Positions 55,026-64,000 of a stretch of DNA of 64,000 nucleotides are shown here, one piece after another. The stretch lies in the NCBI RefSeq assembly GCF_044704955.1, contig NC_091979.1, positions 189,472,001-189,536,000 on the forward strand, written 5' to 3'. The notes under the pieces were generated by a model. That model was not told where the DNA came from, did no database searches, and was given only the letters and a program-made list of their open reading frames with translations. A program made the translations under genes and the position numbers. This stretch comes from Pristiophorus japonicus. Its lineage: Eukaryota. Every line of letters starts with the position of its first letter. Position 1 is the first letter of the stretch.

Positions 55026-55989
55026 ATAAAAAACAAGTTTCCCATCCCAAGTCAACCAGTTATGCATAATTGAAGCAAAACAAAATTAATATTGAAATAT
55101 AAAAGCCCATCAATGTTAACATACTGTTAACCTATTGAAAACTGAAATTAGGCAATGGGTCATTAGTGGAGAAATTCTATAACGGTGGAAGTATGTTGGT
55201 AAAGAGTCTTCGCTTGGATGGGGTTGTCTCCATAGTTGCCTGTAATTTTATTTGTGCGCGCAGGCCCTTAACTGGCTATGTAGCCCATTCAATTTTTTGC
55301 GTATACGCGTTTATTTCGTTTATAAGCCCGGTGTGTGGCCTGCATGGGGCCTCCAGACCGCTGCGCAACTGGTCAGCTTAATGGGAACATTGGTCGTCTC
55401 TATTCAGTGATCTTGCATTTTATCTGAAGCTTGTAGAGTTGAACTGAAGAACACGTCTAGGCTGAAATCACCCACGACAAAAACAGATCTCCAATTAACC
55501 ATCTGTCCTTTTTAATCATATTCCACCAAAATAATGATCACTAATACTGTACATATTTTAGAGCATTAGGTAAAAGAGATTCATCAAGCAGTTAATAGAG
55601 AGCACTCCCATTTGAGTACTGTGAAACGCAGACCTTCAATTAATCTCGACAGGTCGACTGGCGGCAGCACTGACAGTATGAAGCCAGAGAGCCTTAGCCC
55701 ATCTGCGCTATTAAATCTAACCAAAAATCCATTTCACAGTGATTACACCTACTCTTCTGGTCACAGCTCAGACTCTTGCAAACTCTGTATGCCAGGTTAT
55801 CAAAGGAAAAAATAGGTCAATGGGTAATGTATTATCTCTGAATGAAGAGGAAGGGAACAGCACTGGAGTATACAAAGAACTGAGGCTTCCCTATGGCGCA
55901 GCCAATTAAAATAAAGACAACATGCATCTTGAATGTTGGCAATGGCCTAAGGCACTTCAATGGCACGAGGAAAAAATGGGCGCTATGCC

Positions 55990-56900
55990 AAAAGGAGGAA
56001 ATAGTCGGAGTGGTGACCAAAAATTGGGTCAGAAAGGGAAAGGAGGCTCTTAACAGGTGGATAGGCAGGGGAGTTTAGGGAGGGAATTCCATAGCATCAA
56101 GCTTAGGTGGCTGAAGGCACAGCCTTCAATGTGGAACAAATGAGTGAAGGAATGCACAATAGACCAGAAAGAAATTGAGAGAGTTCAGGCGATTATATCG
56201 TTGGAGAAAGTTACAAATGTGGGAGTTGCGAGGCAACGAAAGGAGTTAAACACAAAAATGAGAATTTTAAATTTGAGGCACTGAGGGAGAGCAGGTCAGC
56301 AAGATGGGTTAATGGGCGACAGGTGAACAGGACATGAGAGAGCAAAGTTTTGTACGAACTGAAGCTTAAGGAGGGTGCAGGATGGAATCCTGCGAGGAAA
56401 GCATTAGAATAGATGAATCTGGAGGTGACAAAGTAACGAATGAGGGTTTCAGCAGCAGACTGGCTAAGGTTGGGACAGAGGTAGGTGATGATATGGAGGT
56501 GGAAGTAGGGAGTCTCTGTGATGGAAAGCATATAGGGTTTAAAGTTGAGCTCAGGGTTGACTAAGACACCGAGTGTACCTGGTTCAGCCTGACACACATG
56601 GCCAAGTAAGGGGGATGGAATCGGTGGCAAATTTTTGGGCGATATCGATGTCAATAGAAAGTCGAGCCCATGGAGTTTGTGGTCTGCACCGAAGACAATG
56701 ACTTTGGTCTTCCCAATGTTTATATAAATTTGTTCTGCTCACCTAATGTTTAACTAGAGGAAATTGCAGCTTATTCAAGACTGAATGTCAGACAAAGAGT
56801 CTGAAGCGTAGGGGAGGATGCTGGGATTGAATGTGTAAAAAGCTGCAGAGAGGTGGAGGAGTAATAATGCTCCATGTCCAGACATCGTAGAGAGGAAACA
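55990..56900 (-). mobile_element. L2 LINE RT relic
   Basis: LLLHLSAAFYT and AAETLIRYFVTSRFIYSNAFLAG match L2 RT motifs. Confidence 0.8.
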
Positions 56901-57023
56901 AAACTTTAAGGTAGGCATTCTGGAGATAAGTGGCACTGAATTAAAACAATAATTAACAAAAGGAAAACACAGAAAATTCTGGAAACACAGCAGGCCCATC
57001 ATTATCTGCAGAGTGAACAGGTA

Positions 57024-57059
57024 AATTAACATTTCAGGTGTTGACCTTTCATCAGAACT
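57024..57059 (-). ncRNA. Penelope-type minimal hammerhead ribozyme motif (within repeat ~56960-57062)
   Basis: agtt-CTGATGA-a-aggt-caac-acct-GAAA-tgt-t-aatt: core boxes intact, stems I and II pair. Confidence 0.55.
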
Positions 57060-59089
57060 GGAATAAGGCGTCTCTACCTTTGTCAAAAATCCTCCAAATG
57101 CACTATGCTGAACTATGCTCACAATGAGGATCGCTCGTTTGATCGCTGGTCTGCTGATTCTTAGACATGGTGATTAATATCCATCGTGAAGAGTCATGGT
57201 TAAAAAGTAAAGTGCACTGGTGGATAGATAATCAGTGCTCCACTGTGAATGGACAGCATGATATAAATCCCCCCACACATGATATTTTCCACATACTGTC
57301 TTTGCCACAAAAAAATATTAAATCAAACAAACATCAAGCCTTGAACATGTAAACTGGTATTAATTTTGAAATATAGTTGCATGGAAGACCAAGCAACAAC
57401 TCAGCACTCTAATGCACAATGTCAAGGGTCCCTTGGACAAAACATTTATCCCATTTGAAGCTCAGAACATCAAATTTAAAACAATATACAGGGTACACAT
57501 TGTCTGACTCCCAGATTCCTCTCTGAGAAATGCTCCAGTCCCCAGGCACAGAAATGTTATGTTGCACATATGACAACAAACTTGCAGTTAGATTATAGAA
57601 ATTATTAAACACTGTCAGGCCAGTTTAAGAATGCTACTTTTAGCATCAGGTGCGCTCTCTGATTCTCCACTTTCCAAGATTGGAACTGGCTATTACTCCC
57701 CAGACCAACAATTCTGAAATGGTTTTACACATCCCACTGGTGGGCCACACAAAGTGCATCCAATTCTGTCCATATGGGCAGCAGTGAGAGGACAAGAGAA
57801 GAAAAACAAATAAAAATGACAAAAACTGCATGTACTAGTGAAACCAAAACTAAAAATAAATACCACACCTATGCCAGTCACAATAGCCAAGGTTAGATGT
57901 CTTGGCAGAATGGGCATGCAGCATGCAAAGTGCCAAACTGTGCCTTGTCTCTATTGGCACATGCACATTGAACCCGGAGTGATAGATAGCTTTGCATCTT
58001 TTCTGGTCCTTGAAAGCCTGAGCTAGAGCATAGCAGATACATGTTCACCATTTATATAATGTGTGTGTTTTAAAGTGCGCTTCTCACTCATGCACAAGAA
58101 ATGTTAGCATGTCACATTAATTTAAATTGCCATTGCATAGGGGGAGGAATCCTGAATAAATTACCTTTACTAGGAGAGTGTGGTACCATCCAAAAGGTAG
58201 TGGGAGGGAAAAAGCTGAGGCATGGCCTAAAAAAAATCTAGAGAATCACTGATGCAGGCATCTTTCTTCAATCTTCTGCTGTTTGTCCAAGGGCAACAGT
58301 AGTAATTAAACTAGGTTTCTCCACCAACCATCATTAGAATACAAATAAATTAGAGACACACACATGTCCCAGTTGCAGCAATAAAACAGTCTACAAAGAC
58401 TCACAAACCCTATATAAAATATATGGAGGATACATAGTAGGAGATACTGATTACCAAAAAAAACACCAACATTAAAGCAATGCATTCAAACCAATGTATT
58501 TGTCACTGTTGTTGTTAGTCATACTCTGTGCACCTCGACTATCCCACACATGATTTTTTTTAAATAGTATCACTTAGTCAGTTAGATGATCAGTCAGACA
58601 ACATATCAGTTTTATTCTATGAGGACTTAACATGGCAGAAGGCCTTGAAAACTTCACAACAGTGGTTGGACTTCAATATGGTCACAAGGCACGTAGTGAC
58701 TTTGATGGAAAAGTAAACAAAATGGTTTACAATGTTGTGAAACGGGAGAAAACAGTGCTCAAAATGTTCAATCTTACACTGCAACAATCTTCCAGAAACT
58801 AATTTTGAATCCAAGATTAACAATGTAGTACAAAAGGCTGGGACTCTGAGCATGCTAAAATGTGTGTGACAGGGGTCAAAGAGATGGCTGATTTGAGCGA
58901 TAACATGCTGCAAAATCAAGGTCAATATTCATTCCAGGTATTTTCTGTACAAATGTGTGTCAAATAGGGACCATGTAAATAGTCATACCAAAATGTCACA
59001 CATACACACCCGTGTGAGATGCAAACCAATAAAAAAAATCCTACATAAGATATAACGCCATGTTGCATTCCCTTTGATTAAGTTTGAAA

Positions 59090-59243
59090 TGCAAAACACG
59101 TCAGATGCTGGAAATCTGAAAGAAAATGCTGGAAACACTCAGCAGGTCAGTCAGCAACTAGAGAGAAGGACTGGTTAACATTTCACATGTGAACTCTTGG
59201 TCAGAACTCAAAGTTCTGGTGAAGGGTTCATACCTGAAACATT
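59090..59243. mobile_element. Penelope-type palindromic repeat truncated by the Harbinger insertion
   Basis: aaaatgctggaaacactcagcaggtcag; agtt-ctggtga-agggttcatacct-gaaacatt. Confidence 0.6.
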
Positions 59244-59627
59244 GGGCTTAATTTTTCCCTGTGCCATTTTTTTGCATATTTCAAGAGTTATGCCCGTTTA
59301 TTTTTGGCCCCAACTACTCCCAAAAAAAAACTTAAAAGTTTCCCCGTTCTAATTTTTTTAATTGCCGCCGTGCAGACGGTCCTTTAGTTTCGGGGGTGGA
59401 GCCTAATGTCTGCAACAAAAAAAAATGTGCGAAAAAGAAGACGGTTTTTACGTGACTACTTTGGGCGCGCATGCCCAGTACACCTCCCGGCTGCATTTGG
59501 CCATTTTTAAAGAGCCAGTTGTGTGCGAGAACTTAATTCTCAGTGGAAAAAAAATCGGAGCTGTAATATGCAACACGGCTCAAGGACTAAGAATTTCTCA
59601 GAAGAGGAAGAGGAGGCACTAATTACT

Positions 59628-59970
59628 ATCATCAACATCATCATAGGCAGTCCCCGAACGAGGATGACTTGCTTCCACGAGTTCACCGATGTTTCAATGA
59701 AGGACCCGATGTTCCAATTGAGGGGGTGGAAGATGCCAGTTCATGGATTTTTTTAACGTGTGGTGACCATTGCACTGCAGCCACCACAAAGGCTTGATAG
59801 AGCTAGGCCTTTATCCAGTGGCAAGGGTTGACCAGGACGACTGGAGAACTGCTCTGCTGCGCACACATATGTGCTGCTCCTGGACCCTTGGCTCTTCTGG
59901 GCCCCATACCCTCATTCGCCGCACCTCCGCTATGATTTCTCGCCGCTCCTCCGCCACAAAAAGACTCACC
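59628..59970 (-). mobile_element. RTE-tailed SINE-like element (same family as 28195-28607)
   Basis: (ATC)n tail, gacttgcttccacg, ccagtggcaagggttgaccaggacgactggaga. Confidence 0.82.
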
Positions 59971-60499
59971 GCATCTCCACCGATCACCCACCAAATATTG
60001 CAATCAATGCAGATTCCTGCAGCAAACTTAGGCTGCTTTTACACTACAATTGTAACGTCTGTGCAAAGTGAAAACAAACCACTATCAAACTGAAGCTATA
60101 TCAATAAATCCTTAATAAGAACATTATTTTTTATTTAAGAAACACTTGAATTAGAAATACTTGATTAGAAACAAAGAACTTGCATTTATAAAACGACTTT
60201 CACAAACTCAGTATGGACTAAAGAGCTTTGCAGCCAATGAAAGACTTTTGAAGTGTAGTCAGTGTACTGTTTGCTTAGTTATACTTGATGTCACTAATTC
60301 TACTTACAAATTATGCAAAATAATTGGCACTTTAATTATTATAAAATGCATGGAGCGATGATTTTTAATTAAATGCACTGTACATTTTATTAATAACCAG
60401 TAAATGAATACAAAAGACTGGGGGAGGTTGGTTTAGTGGACAAGAGAAAAGAATGGGGCGGCGGGGAGGGAAGCAGCTGGTCGAATCATCTCTGCCGTG

Positions 60500-61064
60500 G
60501 ATGACATTTATCAACCTCCGCCGCCTCCAGTCCAGATCCAACGTCGTCCCATCTTCGGTCACTGAATTACAGTATGCAGATGACGCTTGCGTCTGCGCAC
60601 ACTCGGAGGTCGAACACCAAACCATCATCAACACCTTCACCGAAGCGTACAAGAGCATAGGACTTACACTAAACATCCATAAGACAACGGCCCTCTACCA
60701 ATCTGCCCTGCCACAGTACTGCCCCCCGATTATCAAAATCCACAACGAGGCATCGGACAACGTGAACCATTTTTTCGGGAGCCGACCAGCGATGTCTAAT
60801 GTCCAACCACCTTCAGTGTGCCAGTGCAGCCTTCGGAAGAGAGTGTTTGAAGATCAGGACCTCAAACCGGCAACAAGCTCATGGTCTACAGAGCAGTAGT
60901 GATACCCGCGCTCTCTATGCTTCAGAGAGATGGACCATGTGCAGCAGGCACCTCAAAGCACTGGAGAAATACCACCAACGCTGCCTCTGCAAGATCCTGC
61001 ACCAATGTCAGTGTTCTCGCTCAAGCCAACATCCCCAGCATCGAAGCATTGACCACGTCAGCTC
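60500..61064 (+). mobile_element. RTE RT fragment
   Basis: NLRRLQSRS..ELQYADDACVCAHSE. Confidence 0.9.
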
Positions 61065-62021
61065 CACTAGTTACTGTAATTGAGGCCAGATGGCATAAGC
61101 TGGACACCAGCAGAGATCACATAAAAGTTTTACCAAAAGAAATGAAGAAATGCTGGAACCAACTTGCAGTAGATTACTGTGCAATGGTGACCACCTCAAG
61201 TTCTGGAGGCCAGTGCAAAAAGAAGTGGCAGGAACTTGGTCAAGTAGTTAGTGGAAGTAATATTTTCATTTCACCCAGCAAAAAGACACCTTCTCTAAAA
61301 AGTTATATTTTCATCTTTGCAGAGGAAGGTGGCACACAACAAAAAAGAGAGAACTCGAACGGGAGGAGGCCCGGCAAATTTGCACCCACTGACACACTTG
61401 GAAGACAGGGTCGCTACTTTGATGGGTCCTGCCTGGAGAAAAGCAATCACTGCTGCACAAGCTGGGCCCACACTCAAGGGAGAGGGTAAATCCTGCAAAT
61501 TCCAGAGTCTGGCTTTGCTAAAAGTCAAGAACTGCGTGGGCTAGCCATGCTTTGGTTCATGGGGATGTCACCGTCAGCAACGCTTCAGTTGATACAATGT
61601 GCTATCATTCATCGTGGTCCTTCAAATGAGCCTGCTGCCTGCACTGTGTGAGCCTACTCATGTCACCCTGCCCCCTCCTCTGCTGTTAACCATTTGTCTG
61701 TTCTGTTATATTTTGCAGAACTGGAGGCCAACCCGGACGAGGCTGTAGCCAACGCAGATGATGATTCAGACGCGGACAAGCCTGAAGAGGAGAACATCTT
61801 GCAATCCCACCTTCCAGACCAAGAGCATGGCGATGAGGGGGAGAGGGAGGATGAAGCCCCCACTGTTGTACTCACTCTGGAGGAGGTGCAGGTGCGGCCC
61901 TTTGGAGGTGCCAGCCCCTTTCCTGAGTGGTGCAAATGTTGGGACAATCAATGATTTCGCACAGTCCGAGGCTGCAGGTTCCAGTGGGGTGCAGAAAGGC
62001 ACACCCAGGGCCCCACTGTCC

Positions 62022-62647
62022 GAACATAAGAAATAGGAGCAGAAGTAGGCCACTTGACCCTTCTAGCCTGCTCCACTAATTTAACAAAATCATGGCTGAT
62101 CTGAGCATGGACTCAGCTCCACTTCCCTGCCCACTCCCCATAATCCTTTACTCCCTTATCGCTCAGAAATCTGTCTATCGCCGTCTTAAATACAGTCAAT
62201 GATCCAGCCTCCACAGCTCTCTGGGGCAGAGAATTCCATAGATTTACAACCCTCTGGGAGAAGAAATTCCTCCTCATCTCAGTTTTAAATGGGCAGCCCT
62301 TTATTCTGAGACTATGCCCCTTGTTTTAGTTTCCCCTACGCATGGAAATATCCTCTCTGCATCCACTTTGTCAAGCCCCCTCATTATCTTGTATGTTTCG
62401 ATAAGATCACCTCTCATTCTTCTGAACTCCAATGAGTGTAGGCTCAACCGATCTTCATAAGTCAACCCCCTCATCTCCGGAATCAACATAGTAAACCTTC
62501 TCTGAACAGCCTCCAATGCAAGTATATCCTTCCTAAAATAGAGACCAAAACTGTATGCCGTGCTCTAGGTGTGGCCTCACCAATACCCTTTATAGTTGTA
62601 GCAGGACTTCGCTGCTTTTATACTCTATCCCCTTTGCAATAAAGGCT
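62022..62647 (-). mobile_element. CR1 3' end inserted into the Harbinger element
   Basis: cataagaaatagg tail; QRRFTMLIPEMRGL..RMRGDLIETYK. Confidence 0.9.
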
Positions 62648-62649
62648 AG

Positions 62650-63709
62650 TAAAATCTTCCTCGTCCTCATCATCTGCATCTTCCTCCTCATCATCAGCCA
62701 CTCTCACCTCAGGTGGGTCTTCTCCTACCAGCTGCTGCTGCCTCATGATGGCTAAGTTGTGCAGCATGCAGCACACAACAGTGAATTGACTCAGGGGAAT
62801 ATTGCAAGTAGCCTCTGGAATGGTCCAGGAATTGGAAACGTTGCTTCAAGATGCCAATGGTCTTCTCTATTATGCTGCACGTCGTAATGTGCTACATGTT
62901 GTATTCCTGGTCAGCTTCCGTCCGGGCATCATGAGCCAGGTGGAGAGGTTGTACCCTTTGTCTCCTAGCAGCCAACTCTGCCCTTCTGGCTGCTGCTGAA
63001 ACATGGCAGATATAGCGCTCTTGCGTAGGATGAATGCATCATGGGTGTTCGCAGGGTATCTTGCATCAATTGCCATGATGCGATGCATGTCGTCACAGAT
63101 GAACTGCACATTCACAGAGTGGAAGCCTTTTCTGTTCCTGTACATCTCGGAATCCTCCAAAGGTGCTTGCAAGGCAATGTGGGTACAATCAATGCAGCCC
63201 TGTACCTTTGGGAAGCCAGTAATCCTGGAGAAGCCCACAGCCCTGTCACGCATTGCCTGGGCCGTCATGGGGAACTTTATGTAGTCATTCCTCCAGGCAT
63301 ATAGTGCTGCAGTCACCTGCCGAATGAAATATGTATTGCATGTTGAGAAATGGCGCACACATCGTCAGTTGTGGCCTGGAATGATTCAGATGCATAAAAT
63401 GAAAGTGCAGCTGTTACTTCAACTGACAAAGCAGTCCTCCTGACGCTTCTAGGGTGCAGGTCTGCTTTTATTAACTCACAGATCTCGGTTACAACTTCTT
63501 TGCGGAAACACAGCCTTTTGACACAGTCTGCATCACACATGCAGGTATGAACGTGTGTCTCAATATACCCAATGTGGGCAAGGCCTCCTTCCCATCAGCC
63601 TATGTGCTCTCAGCTTCCTCAGGCAATGATGTCTAATCAATCTTCTCCTCTGCAGCACAATTATGCAGAAGCTTTGCACGAGGTATGGCATTGTCAATAT
63701 TGCCACCAT
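62650..63709 (-). pseudogene. Harbinger (HARBI1-like) DDE transposase, frameshifted
   Basis: GFPKVQGCIDCTHI, YRNRKGFHSVNVQ, THDAFIL, LLGDKGY, CCMLHN. Confidence 0.92.
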
Positions 63710-64000
63710 AATGTAATTGAATCTTTGCAAGAAGCTCAAAACAGCAGGAGAAAAGACAGCACTCAAGCCTTCCTTCCTCTTCCTCCCCCGCCCACCTCCA
63801 AGGTCGATGCCAGAGTATGGACCACACCCTGGTCTGATTATGCGCAATAGGCTTGCTTAGAACGGGAAGCTAGGCATTCAATAAAGAAACGAAGTCTAAT
63901 GCAATTCTTTAATTTGTTAATTATTTTTCAAAGTACCACCCCACCACCAACCGAACGTCTCCTCATCGGGCTCGAGGGACGGCCGGCAGAATCGCTCCCT

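Larger units (their letters stand above)
59568..62021 (+). pseudogene. Harbinger Myb/SANT-like (trihelix) DNA-binding protein, spliced and disrupted
   Basis: MQHGSRTKNFSEEEEEALIT|VIEARW..KKCWNQLA..QCKKKWQEL; exon 61323-61485 with RTGGGP; exon from 61719 in matching phase; first donor reads GG. Confidence 0.85.
59244..64000. mobile_element. Decayed autonomous-type PIF/Harbinger transposon (right end outside window)
   Basis: TIR-like gggcttaatttttccc; convergent Myb/SANT and DDE transposase genes. Confidence 0.88.

Noticed and set aside
55230-55392. hAT-like MITE end (gggaacattg)
   Set aside because: No matching left TIR or TSD found.
62650-63709. Domesticated host HARBI1 gene
   Set aside because: Frameshifted, paired with a Myb gene and a TIR-like end; a decayed transposon.

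Overview
Eukaryotic vertebrate DNA, most likely a cartilaginous fish (shark); this is inferred from its CR1/RTE/L2 LINEs, Deu-domain tRNA-SINE, Penelope-type palindromes and GGGCCC-TIR MITEs. The window looks like intronic sequence of a large minus-strand gene: only short candidate exons (28915-28941, 53984-54039) are visible and I cannot name the gene. More than half is transposon-derived and heavily nested. It holds about ten CR1 copies, four RTE pieces, L2 relics, a solo LTR, four PIF/Harbinger-type MITEs and a decayed two-gene Harbinger transposon (Myb/SANT + HARBI1-like transposase) at the right end. The standout is a 3.2-kb Harbinger-type MITE (11384-14560, TSD TAT) carrying an intronless fragment of the host gene HYPK and a 1.65-kb G-rich minisatellite, i.e. 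a Pack-type DNA transposon with apparently mRNA-derived cargo. Also notable: a 1.44-kb composite retro-insertion bounded by an 11-bp TSD, and Penelope-type minimal hammerhead ribozyme motifs. No intact protein-coding gene, CRISPR array or rRNA is present. All identifications come from reading the sequence and recalled protein sequences; no searches were run.
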